NCBI GenBank assembly: GCA_044450345.1 | Contig: JBIOIY010000036.1 | Location: forward strand, 1-33,221 | From: Thermodesulfovibrionales bacterium | Lineage (GTDB): Bacteria; Nitrospirota; Thermodesulfovibrionia; Thermodesulfovibrionales; UBA6898 | Length of the DNA: 33,221 bases | Direction: 5' to 3' | Part shown: positions 1 through 8,403 of the stretch, piece by piece | Layout: every line of letters begins with the position of its first letter | Numbering within the stretch: position 1 is the stretch's first letter | Position numbers and translations under genes: made by a program | The notes under the pieces: model-generated | Database searches by the model: none | The model's input: the letters and a program-made list of their open reading frames with translations, nothing else | What the model was told of the DNA's origin: nothing

Positions 1-140
1 TCGGTCCTACTGTCTTATATCCGCGGGCGGCGCTCCGCTTTCTGTCCTAAAGCAATATATCGAACAGCAAAACTACGGCGCCTAACTCCACCCTGGCGTA
101 CCGCCAAGGATGGAGAATGCGGCGCCGCGTTGGTGTTCAA
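1..140 (+). mobile_element. End of an IS200/IS605-family element
   Basis: The tnpA tail is followed by an imperfect hairpin CTCCACCCTGGCG-TAC-CGCCAAGGATGGAG (86-115) and then TTCAA (136-140), resembling the subterminal hairpin plus TCAA end motif of this family. Confidence 0.7.
2..85 (+). CDS. tnpA: IS200/IS605-family Y1 transposase TnpA, C-terminal fragment cut by the window start
   Basis: Frame 2 reads RSYCLISAGGAPLSVLKQYIEQQNYGA*, the typical TnpA C-terminus (SY...GGAP...YIEQQ with the catalytic Tyr). It is too short for the ORF track. Confidence 0.85.
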   Translation, partial: RSYCLISAGGAPLSVLKQYIEQQNYGA

Positions 141-216
141 ACCAGCGAAAAGGTAAAATAAAAGGCATCGCCTATATTATTGCTCCATGTACGCTTAGTG
201 TTCTAATACAATAGTT

Positions 217-260
217 TGCAACTAAATATAGTTGCATTTCTTACCGACAGCTGATAAAAT
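217..260 (+). promoter_or_regulatory. hicAB promoter with overlapping palindromic operator
   Basis: Perfect inverted repeat TGCAACTA-AATA-TAGTTGCA (217-236) overlaps a -35 TTGCAT (232-237). A 17-bp spacer leads to TG-n-TAAAAT (252-260). Confidence 0.7.
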
Positions 261-296
261 TATTTTGTGGTATTCCCGAGGGCGTTTTAAAGGAGG

Positions 297-557
297 ATGC
301 ATCTGAGTAAGCGTAAAAAGATTATTAATCGTTTCCTGTTAAGACCCAGTGATTTCACTTGGCAGGAGCTTGTCAGCCTGTTGAGTGGCTTTGGATATGC
401 ATTTGCAAAGCCCGGAAAAACGGGAGGCTCACGGGTTAAGTTTATGCACGAGACGCTTCCCCCGATAATCCTTCATAAGCCGCACCCGACGCCGGTACTG
501 AAAAAATACCAGTTGGAGCAGATCGAAGAAACTTTAAGAGGAGAGGGATTGATATGA
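297..557 (+). CDS. hicA: Type II toxin-antitoxin HicA-family toxin
   Basis: 86 aa, basic, with DFTWQEL, GGSRVKF and ILHKPHP motifs typical of HicA. AGGAGG lies upstream, so the real start may be a few codons later. ATGA overlap with the next gene. Confidence 0.9.
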   Translation: MHLSKRKKIINRFLLRPSDFTWQELVSLLSGFGYAFAKPGKTGGSRVKFMHETLPPIILHKPHPTPVLKKYQLEQIEETLRGEGLI

Positions 558-901
558 AAGACATGATGAGATACAAAAACTATTACGGTTCTGTTCATTA
601 CAGCGATGACGACAAGGTATTTTACGGTAAGGTGGAATTTATCCGTGCACTTGTCAGCTACGAAGGCACAGACGTTAAATCACTGCGCAAGGCATTTGAG
701 GAAGCTGTGGACGACTACCTTCAGACCTGCAGGGAGCAGGATAAAGAACCGGAACACTCGTTTAAGGGCTCGTTCAATATCCGGGTCGGCTCAAGCCTTC
801 ACCAACGCCTTGCGTTAGAGGCAATGAAGAAGGGGGTTACCCTCAATAAATACATAGCCGATGTACTGGAAAAAGAGACCGGGAAGCAGAAGACAGCATA
901 A
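554..901 (+). CDS. hicB: Type II toxin-antitoxin HicB-family antitoxin
   Basis: YKNYYGSVHYS...YEG...LRKAFEEAVDDYL...EPEHSFKGSFNIRV...LH, the canonical HicB with a C-terminal RHH region. Confidence 0.93.
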   Translation: MKDMMRYKNYYGSVHYSDDDKVFYGKVEFIRALVSYEGTDVKSLRKAFEEAVDDYLQTCREQDKEPEHSFKGSFNIRVGSSLHQRLALEAMKKGVTLNKYIADVLEKETGKQKTA

Positions 902-1369
902 GATTTTAAAAATTGGGGCGCACATAAAAATGCAGAGCCAGCCTCCCCATGGTTTCCCAAGGACAGCTGTTTTTTAGGGTACCCGAAATTTCGCCCACCC
1001 CGCATGAGCCGTTACCTTTCGCCCTCTTACATTAATATGTAGAATTGCAGGTCTCACCCTGAAAGCAATAATTTCAAGAAGTATAGAGGGATTAACTGTT
1101 GAAGACTTCATCTAGAAAGAAACGCCAACGGGTCCGATTTCAAAATCTCAATTTCAGCCACACCCATTTAGAGGACTTGTTATTTCACTTGGGCCGATGG
1201 TTCTCGGTTACGGAATGAAGGTTTCACTTCGAATTATTTAAATGACGTCAAGAGAAAAAATAGCGCAACTTTACACATCTAAATTCATATAGTAATAATA
1301 GTAATAGTATTTTTAAAGTGCAAATAATTCTTCCCTGCAGGCCCGGACTTAATATAATATTATTATTGC

Positions 1370-2050
1370 ATGAAAAAGATACTCGTTGCCGAGGCATTGA
1401 AGACTTTTATGGCGGATGACAAAGGCGTCTTTGCTAGAAATGACATTGTTATCACATACGCGTCCACGGCCGAGGAGATCCTTTCTATGCACAGGGCTGA
1501 CAAGGCCGACCTCATCATAGTCGACTTAGCTACGCCTGAGTTAGGGGGGGACAGATTATGCTACCTGATAAGGAAAGAAAACGACCTCAAGGCTGTCTCG
1601 ATTATCGTCTTATCCGACTGCAGCGAGGAGGTCACTGAAAGATGCATGGCCTTCGGCGCAAACGCTGTCGTCCATAAGCCGGTGCACTCAAAAGAACTCC
1701 TGGGAAAAATCAAGGAACTGCTGGATATCCGTGAAAGAAAGGTAGTAAGGGAAATCATCAAAATTTCCATTACAGTGAGTTCGGCCGGCAGCTTTTTCTT
1801 TGCAGTGGCAAAAAATTTAAGCGCGTCGGGCCTTCTCTTTGAAACAAATAGGATCATCTCAAAGGGCAGCGTGGTTAGTTGCTCCTTCGTTCTTCAGCAC
1901 CAGATAATCGCTCAGGGCGAGATCGCAAGGGTCTCCAGAATACGCGCTAAGTCCGGAGACAGCTTTGAATACGGAGTCAGGTTTAATGGGCTCGCGAAGG
2001 CAGCAAAAAAGGAGATAGCGGACTATTTCAAGAGCCTAAAGGGGAAATGA
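1370..2050 (+). CDS. Receiver (REC) domain plus PilZ domain protein
   Basis: N-terminal KKILVAE...DLIIVDL...GDRLCYLIR...IIVLS...GANAVVHKP is a REC domain. The C-terminus has RKVVR (RxxxR) and NLSASG ((D/N)xSxxG) PilZ motifs and ends in YGVRF. Confidence 0.85.
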   Translation: MKKILVAEALKTFMADDKGVFARNDIVITYASTAEEILSMHRADKADLIIVDLATPELGGDRLCYLIRKENDLKAVSIIVLSDCSEEVTERCMAFGANAVVHKPVHSKELLGKIKELLDIRERKVVREIIKISITVSSAGSFFFAVAKNLSASGLLFETNRIISKGSVVSCSFVLQHQIIAQGEIARVSRIRAKSGDSFEYGVRFNGLAKAAKKEIADYFKSLKGK

Positions 2051-2127
2051 ATGTGTCTGAGTCACTACATTCCCGCTGAGATATGCACCCTGCCCGATTT
2101 CAGTTAGCCGGTCAACTTCACCAAAAT

Positions 2128-3072
2128 TTATTCTAATCGGAGCCCATCGCCATAGTGGTCTTTTTCCGGATGTATTTTATTTATGAGGGATGGGTCGAAA
2201 ATCTCATGTTCGCTTAGTCTTCGCGATATATATCCAAACTTCTTTAGGACCCCAACGAATTCCATTGTCGAGTTAATATAATCTTCCGAAATCTGCGCGC
2301 AATATTTGGGAGACACTTTCAGTGTATCGAGAACGAATTCTTCATCGATAAACCCGACGTAACGCGCGATAAGCCTTGCGGCCTCGGCAGGACTGCTCCT
2401 GAGAAAAGATGAGGCCTCTTTGTGAAGGACTAAAAATTTTTCAGCAATCTCTTTTTCTCTTGCCAAAAAATCCCTCGCCGCCAGGATACCGTAACTCGGA
2501 TTGTGCGGCCATAACTGCGAAGGAGGATAAAGAATGGTTCCTTCAGCGTAGCGGCGGACCGCGACAGCGAGTGCCGGCGTGCCGACTGCAGCTGCCACCT
2601 CATCTTTCACCAAGGCCTCCAGAACCTGGTCGGACCACGCAAAATTGGCAACCTCTATATCGCGCTCAAGACCGGACCTTTCGAGACATTCCCTTAGGAT
2701 TACATCGTGGATCGAGCCCGTCCCCGGCACTCCTATCCTGAGACCCACTAACTGCCGCAGGATTTCCCTGAGTTCCGTTATTTCCGGCGAACCCTGATAA
2801 CGCTTTTTTGCGCTAATGACGGTGCCTTCCATATGTCCGCCGGCGATGCAGACAATCCGCACGCCGTGCTCAATGCCGATGATTGCGGGAGGCAGGCCGA
2901 TATAAGCCAGGTCGAGTTCCCCCTTTTCAAATGCTCCGACTATGGCAGGACCCGTACCGAAAAGTCTCCATTCGACTTGACCGCCGAGCCGCACGCCGTT
3001 GTCATTCCTCGCCATGAGGACCATCGCGGTATGGTAGAAAGTGGAGAGATGTCCTATCCTGATTTTTTCCAA
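2128..3072 (-). CDS. NitT/TauT (SsuA/NMT1-like) substrate-binding-fold protein with no apparent signal peptide
   Basis: IRIGHL...FGTGPAIVGAFEKGELDLAYIGLPPAII and GLRIGVPGTGSIHDVILR are typical of this SBP family. Confidence 0.8.
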   Translation of the reverse strand: MEKIRIGHLSTFYHTAMVLMARNDNGVRLGGQVEWRLFGTGPAIVGAFEKGELDLAYIGLPPAIIGIEHGVRIVCIAGGHMEGTVISAKKRYQGSPEITELREILRQLVGLRIGVPGTGSIHDVILRECLERSGLERDIEVANFAWSDQVLEALVKDEVAAAVGTPALAVAVRRYAEGTILYPPSQLWPHNPSYGILAARDFLAREKEIAEKFLVLHKEASSFLRSSPAEAARLIARYVGFIDEEFVLDTLKVSPKYCAQISEDYINSTMEFVGVLKKFGYISRRLSEHEIFDPSLINKIHPEKDHYGDGLRLE

Positions 3073-3123
3073 GGCGACCTCATCGTGCGGAATTTGACCG
3101 GGGGCCGGACCGGTAAAGAGAAC

Positions 3124-3702
3124 TTAGACGGCGGCTTTCTTCATCTTCCCGTAAGTTGTCAGGAGAAAATCGTATTTGTGCTTCAGGTCGACGATCGACC
3201 TGAGCAAAACAGCATATAAGGGGTTCAATTTCAGATAGGGTTTCAGCGCATTCGCCATTTTCACGAGGTGCATTTCGCAGTCCTCCACGAAACTCGACGA
3301 ACGGTCCTGGAGCGTCTCGTCGTAGGAATAAAAAATCTCGAGGAATATATCGGTGATCAGACAAAACTCGTTCAAAATGGTCTGGGAAATGGCCTCGTCC
3401 TGGCCAATCCTTTTTTTCCTCAATCTGCGCATGAACTCGACGTGCTCGGACTGGATATTCTTCAACTGCTTGATTATTACCTTGAGGTCTTCGGGCTCCC
3501 TGTTAAAAAGGTTCTTATAGACAAAAGTCCTCGCGACCTTTTTCCAATGTCTCAGATGGTTCTTCTTCCATTCCGCCATGCCTGCCCAAAAAGCCACAAG
3601 CGGACGGTCGAAATCTTCCCGTTTCGAAAAAAGGGTGTAGGTCTCGTACGCCAGTTCATCAAGGCGTCTTCCCATATCAATGATCTCTTTAATCTCTTTC
3701 AT
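3124..3702 (-). CDS. Hypothetical alpha-helical protein, possibly degenerate ferritin/rubrerythrin-like
   Basis: 192-aa ORF with an AT-rich upstream region. IIDMGRRLDELAYETY...FWAGMAEWKKNH resembles rubrerythrin helices with altered ligands. Confidence 0.65.
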   Translation of the reverse strand: MKEIKEIIDMGRRLDELAYETYTLFSKREDFDRPLVAFWAGMAEWKKNHLRHWKKVARTFVYKNLFNREPEDLKVIIKQLKNIQSEHVEFMRRLRKKRIGQDEAISQTILNEFCLITDIFLEIFYSYDETLQDRSSSFVEDCEMHLVKMANALKPYLKLNPLYAVLLRSIVDLKHKYDFLLTTYGKMKKAAV

Positions 3703-3797
3703 ATTCTCTTTCTAGGGTTATTGAAACAGGATACAGCGAAAATAACACTACTAAGTAATTCTAACACATCATAAAATAAAAATATATAATAATTTTC

Positions 3798-3843
3798 GTG
3801 ACCTGCACGGGCCTTCTCTGGTTCGGATGGTTCGGCTTCAACG
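3798..3843 (+). pseudogene. amtB: Isolated fragment of an ammonium transporter (Amt) gene
   Basis: Reads VTCTGLLWFGWFGFN, containing the Amt signature GLLWFGWFGFN. Similarity stops at the stop codon of the opposite-strand gene (3844). Confidence 0.7.
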
Positions 3844-4491
3844 TTACTGCATATATTTTTCGAGTTTTTGGAGTACTTCGATATGGAGATGCTCCGTGGG
3901 TACTATTCGGAATTCTATCCAGTCATTCTCCTTCACGACCCTGTTCACCGGCATTGCAGCTGCAACAAAATAGGTGCCGTATTTGTTTTCAAGCTGCGGC
4001 TCCGCAGCATAAAGGTAATTCAGGAGCAGCCATGCCTTCTGCTGCGACCGTAAGCTCATTACCCTGTTCAATTCCGGGTCCTGCCCCAAAGGGTATCTAA
4101 TGTTGACCATGATGAGACTGATGTTCTTCCTGGTGTCCTCACTACTCAAGGCGGAAAGAAACACACGGCTTAATTTGTTAAGGGCAGCCGGGTCGAACCC
4201 ATTTGCATAACGGCTGCCTTCAGAGAACTGTGACTGGTCCACGAGGATAGAGCCGGCCCTGAATTTGACACCCTTGATTTCATTCGTTCCGAATTCCTGT
4301 GACAACAGCTTGTTGATGCTTTGCGTGAACTTGATTTTGGGCTGGGAAATGGCCAAGGCCGGTTCCATGAACCGCTGGATCTTGACCGCCCGGTAATAAA
4401 GGATTGCACTTAGGAGCAGCAGTCCTATTAGTGCCAGACTCAGTATGGGACCGGGGGGAAGGATGAACTTTCTGATAGAAACCTTATTCAT
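3844..4491 (-). CDS. Single-TM membrane protein with degenerate MotB/OmpA-like C-terminal domain
   Basis: Start MNKVS at 4491 overlaps the upstream stop (TAATG). One hydrophobic helix (PILSLALIGLLLLSAILYY) is followed by segments spaced like OmpA_C/MotB (GSILVDQSQFSEGS; ISLIMVNIRY; RSQQKAWLLLNYL; DWIEFRIV) but without GHTD or NRRVE. Confidence 0.7.
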   Translation of the reverse strand: MNKVSIRKFILPPGPILSLALIGLLLLSAILYYRAVKIQRFMEPALAISQPKIKFTQSINKLLSQEFGTNEIKGVKFRAGSILVDQSQFSEGSRYANGFDPAALNKLSRVFLSALSSEDTRKNISLIMVNIRYPLGQDPELNRVMSLRSQQKAWLLLNYLYAAEPQLENKYGTYFVAAAMPVNRVVKENDWIEFRIVPTEHLHIEVLQKLEKYMQ

Positions 4492-5381
4492 TATTGCAAG
4501 GCCTCGTCTAATAATTCCAGGTTCTTTGCCGCGGCGTCGAAATCCCCTTCGGAAATTCCCGTCGGCTGGTGGATGGCCTGGTTCCTCAGCCTGAGCAGCT
4601 GATGAAACAGCCCCTTCCTGTAATTGCTGATGCGGTGTGTACGTTCCATTTCTTTCAGACAATCCGAAAGGGAGGGAAAAGAGCACCCTAACATGCCGTT
4701 GGTAACAGACTTCAGCCGGTTTTCAAGATAATGTCCAAGGAGGAGCGAGGCGACGACCTTTTCTCCGCTTCTATAGTATTCCCGTGCGTGCTCAACGGAG
4801 ATGCCGCCTTCAAAGATACGGATGTTCTCGCTGGATTCGGATTCGCCGGGCGCAATGTGTTGTATCTTCTGATACACCTCCAGACACTTGTCGATCATGT
4901 TTTTCTCAAGGTAGGACTCGGCAAGGAGAAAAAGCTCCCGTATGCTGTCCGCACTCTCCCTTTGCCTGTATGCAAACGCATATGCACGCTTGAGGGCCTC
5001 GGTCTTGTCGTCCTTCTTATCGAGCACGTCGAAATGCCGCGCCCAGCGCTTTCCCTTCAACACATTGTCCTTCGTGAATCGGAAGAGTTGTTCCGAAACC
5101 TCGCTCTTGTTGAGCTTTCCGCTTATGACGATAATGTTAAGGGTCGGGTGGCTCTCAAATATCTCAGGCAATGCATCAATGCCCTCATTCATCCTGTCAA
5201 ATTCTATATCCAGGGTCAGAAGATCAAAGATCCTGGTCGTCAAGAGCTGTAACGCTCGTCTCACGCTGACAGCCTCGTGAAACCTCAGGTCGGGTTCCGA
5301 AGGACCAAGTGCCCTCGTGATTTCGAGCTTCAGGAGTTCCCTGTCTTCATAGTCGTCGTCGGCGATCAGAACACTAAACAT
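4491..5381 (-). CDS. Response regulator: REC + TPR-like helices + HEPN/DUF4145-like domain
   Basis: REC: VLIADDD...FDLLTLDI...IIVISG. TPR-like: LFLLAESYLEKNMIDKCLEVYQKIQHIAP. C-terminal ASLLLGHYLENRL...LRLRNQAIH carries an R-N-x3-H motif. Confidence 0.8.
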   Translation of the reverse strand: MFSVLIADDDYEDRELLKLEITRALGPSEPDLRFHEAVSVRRALQLLTTRIFDLLTLDIEFDRMNEGIDALPEIFESHPTLNIIVISGKLNKSEVSEQLFRFTKDNVLKGKRWARHFDVLDKKDDKTEALKRAYAFAYRQRESADSIRELFLLAESYLEKNMIDKCLEVYQKIQHIAPGESESSENIRIFEGGISVEHAREYYRSGEKVVASLLLGHYLENRLKSVTNGMLGCSFPSLSDCLKEMERTHRISNYRKGLFHQLLRLRNQAIHQPTGISEGDFDAAAKNLELLDEALQ

Positions 5382-6414
5382 CCAGGGCTTCCTTAATAAA
5401 CGGTAGATTGATAATGATCTCGGTGCCCGCCCCGGGGGCGGTATATTCCTTCCCCACCCGGATCTTCCCCGCGTGAAGACCGACCACGTATTTCACGTAA
5501 TACAAGCCCTGCCCCCATCCTCCCCTAGCACCCTTGCCTTTATAGAAGCAGAGGTCCGCCTCGTGTTCGTCCATGCCGGAGCCCTCGTCACGGAAAGACA
5601 GGGAAAGATACTGGCGTCTCACGTCGGTGTCTAGCGAGAATGACAGGAATATGCGGGCGCGGTCCTGTTCGGGCCTTTTGTACTTTATGGAATTGTCTAT
5701 AAGGTTTTCGAATACTGTTTTCAAAAGAGTTTGTGAGGCGGTAATAGCGGGCAGAGACCCCTTGTCTTGAAAATGAAAATCCGCCAGATCGCTGTACTGG
5801 GCAACCAGGGATTCGAGCAGTGCCCTCAGATCAACCCTTGAGAAATCCATCAATGCGGATTCACGCTCATCAGAGATTTTTTTAAAAATATCGATGTCGG
5901 CAAACAATTTGTTCAGATTTTCATCGATACGCATCTTTGACTCGATGGGGAGGTCAGGGAGGAAATCCAGGCGTCGCTTGATCCGGCCAAGATTATTTTT
6001 GAATTCGTGTCCTATTGTCGCGGAGATGTAGCGGATGAATTCATTCCGTTGGGCGATCTCCTGGTTCCTGATTACAAGAAGTCGATTTTCGCGGGCCCTC
6101 CGCTGTTTCTGCTGATATACAAGCGTAAGGTAAATGCAGAGCATGGCGAAGGAGCCTGTCATCACCAGGAAGGCATAGTGCGACACCCTGTTGGATGCAT
6201 CCAGGTTGTCCTGCATTATAGTAAGGCGCCACTCCACGTCGGCATCCGGGTGGTCAGAAACAGGGGCTTTCCATGGCATGAGCAAGGGTTCGAATCTGTC
6301 GAAGGGCTTCACAAAGCGGTCCATATACGCCATGCCAAGGAGAAGCCAGATGATCGCCGTCACCGTCAGCAATGAAATGTACCTGACGGCTCTCAGAACT
6401 AACGAAATCGACAT
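5374..6414 (-). CDS. Membrane sensor histidine kinase
   Basis: Two TM segments; H-box IGHEFKNNL, N-box FENLIDNSIKY, G1 DEGSGM, G2 GWGQGLY. It overlaps the regulator start by 8 bp. Confidence 0.93.
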   Translation of the reverse strand: MSISLVLRAVRYISLLTVTAIIWLLLGMAYMDRFVKPFDRFEPLLMPWKAPVSDHPDADVEWRLTIMQDNLDASNRVSHYAFLVMTGSFAMLCIYLTLVYQQKQRRARENRLLVIRNQEIAQRNEFIRYISATIGHEFKNNLGRIKRRLDFLPDLPIESKMRIDENLNKLFADIDIFKKISDERESALMDFSRVDLRALLESLVAQYSDLADFHFQDKGSLPAITASQTLLKTVFENLIDNSIKYKRPEQDRARIFLSFSLDTDVRRQYLSLSFRDEGSGMDEHEADLCFYKGKGARGGWGQGLYYVKYVVGLHAGKIRVGKEYTAPGAGTEIIINLPFIKEALDV

Positions 6415-6788
6415 CCATTATTTTAACCCGTCAATAGGCAAACGTACAACTGAACGAAGATCAAAGCACCTTGGCGATCAGGTCGTGAGTGCAATAGCAC
6501 CTGTTTTTTATTTATAATATATAAAGCCACAAGAAACAAAGGGTGAAATGTTTTCGAGTCAAAACTATAAAAGAATAAAAAGAGTCCTTGTGCCCGGAGG
6601 AACAGCACCTCATATTAGCAATGGTAAAACTGAATTGGCTCCCGTCTGTCGACCTCGATGAAGGTTTACCCTGGACCATGGCCGATTCTAGAGAGATGGT
6701 GAATCGGTAAAACGGAAGTGTCTGCTGCCTTTCCGCTATCATGATAATGATTAGCGCGGACTTTGAAAGAGAAGGTGGAACTGGAGAA

Positions 6789-7481
6789 ATGAAACTATCG
6801 GTTGTCGTCCCCGTATACAACGAAAAGGACACAGTGAGAGAAATCTGGGAGCGCATAAGGGCGGTGGACATAGACAAGGAAATTGTTTTCGTAGATGACT
6901 GTTCAACCGACGGCACACGGGAGATTATCCGGGGATTGAAAGCTGACGACACACAAGTTCATTTCCATGAGAAAAACATGGGGAAAGGTGCGGCGTTACG
7001 GACCGGCTTTGAAAAAGCGACAGGTGACATCCTCATCGTGCAAGATGCCGATCTGGAGTATAACCCCCGCGAGTATGCGCGGTTGATCAAACCAATTCTG
7101 GAGGGGAAGGCCGATGTGGTCTATGGTTCACGTTTTGCAGGCGGTGAAGAACGAAGAGTTTTGTTTTTCTGGCATATGGTAGGGAATAAAATCCTAACCT
7201 TGTTTTCCAATATGCTTACCAATGTCAACCTGACGGATATGGAAACCGGTTACAAGGTATTCAGGCGTGACATCTATACAAAGATACGCATCGAGGAAAA
7301 TCGCTTTGGTTTTGAACCTGAAATTACCGCAAAAGTATGCAAGCTGAAAGCAAGAATATACGAGGTTGGCATATCCTATGCCGGGAGAGACTACAGCGAA
7401 GGGAAAAAAATCGGCTGGAAGGACGGTGTTTCCTCTCTCAGGTGCATAATAAAATACAACCTGCTTCGTCGATTGCCGTAG
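6789..7481 (+). CDS. GT2 glycosyltransferase, polyprenol-phosphate sugar synthase (DPM1-like)
   Basis: [66 protein letters not shown] lies just before ATG 6789. Confidence 0.93.
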   Translation: MKLSVVVPVYNEKDTVREIWERIRAVDIDKEIVFVDDCSTDGTREIIRGLKADDTQVHFHEKNMGKGAALRTGFEKATGDILIVQDADLEYNPREYARLIKPILEGKADVVYGSRFAGGEERRVLFFWHMVGNKILTLFSNMLTNVNLTDMETGYKVFRRDIYTKIRIEENRFGFEPEITAKVCKLKARIYEVGISYAGRDYSEGKKIGWKDGVSSLRCIIKYNLLRRLP

Positions 7482-7556
7482 AAGGTCGGTTTTCTGAATT
7501 GTCCGGGGCAGAGGGTCTCGACTGCGAATTCACGCTCCTGTTATACTTATCGCACG

Positions 7557-8111
7557 ATGCAGCAGAAGGTTGTTTTCTCTTTGATGATAGTCTTTTGTTT
7601 ATGCGGTTGCGGTCATCTCGCATCAACCGCTCTCACAGATCCATATGAGCGAGACCTCAATGAAAGAAAACAAGCAATGATGCGATGGATAGGTCTTCAG
7701 AAAGCCGAGGTAGAAGCAGGAACCCTTAAAAACAACAGCTATTACGTCTTGCTTCGCAGAAAAATTCTGGAGCTGAGACCGGACTTAACTCATTATCTCG
7801 TCTTTGCAGATGAAATGATTAAGGTTTCGCGGCTTTATGAAGAAGGCAGGATAACACGGGAACAACTGGAAGAAAAAGATCGCGAGCTGACAGCTCTCGT
7901 TGGCGAGGAGGAACGCAGACGGGCTGCTATTTTGGGTCGAGTGTCATCGGCGTACGATTACGAAATCGATCAGTTTACCCTTTACAAGACGAGTCTGCTC
8001 AAAGACTATACGTCCGGCATCGAGACAAGGTTAAGGGAGGCAGGGCCACAGTATTCAATTACGAATTGTACGGTTGTCGGGGACAGGATTCTATGCGCGA
8101 CGAGACAGTAA
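7557..8111 (+). CDS. Hypothetical lipoprotein
   Basis: N-terminal K plus hydrophobic stretch ending LCGC (lipobox-like), then a helical body. Confidence 0.7.
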   Translation: MQQKVVFSLMIVFCLCGCGHLASTALTDPYERDLNERKQAMMRWIGLQKAEVEAGTLKNNSYYVLLRRKILELRPDLTHYLVFADEMIKVSRLYEEGRITREQLEEKDRELTALVGEEERRRAAILGRVSSAYDYEIDQFTLYKTSLLKDYTSGIETRLREAGPQYSITNCTVVGDRILCATRQ

Positions 8112-8403
8112 TCTCCCGCTTCCTGCACTGAGGAGGGTAAGCGTCTCAAAGAGCGGCAATCCCTGTGCCAAGCCGGCAAACTGAGCTCGTTGAGCTATAC
8201 TGAAACCCCGCAGTGATGATTCAGTGACACATCAGACTTTCAAAGCGGAATCGCCTCTCTCAGCCGATCATCGTCGCCGCGTGCGTTCTCATTTCCTGCA
8301 GACCTGTGGTATGATAAGCTTTACGGGATAGGGCATATAACCATTTTTGATATGGTTCATGTAACGAATCATTCCCGACACATGGCAGTCTGTCTGATCT
8401 GAA

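Noticed and set aside
1544..1550. G7 run in the receiver-PilZ gene as a phase-variation switch
   Set aside because: The run is short, the gene is in frame, and nothing in a single sequence shows length variation.
3798..4100. 100-aa ORF as a real Amt protein
   Set aside because: Only the first 15 codons resemble Amt; the rest is antisense to the 3844..4491 gene.
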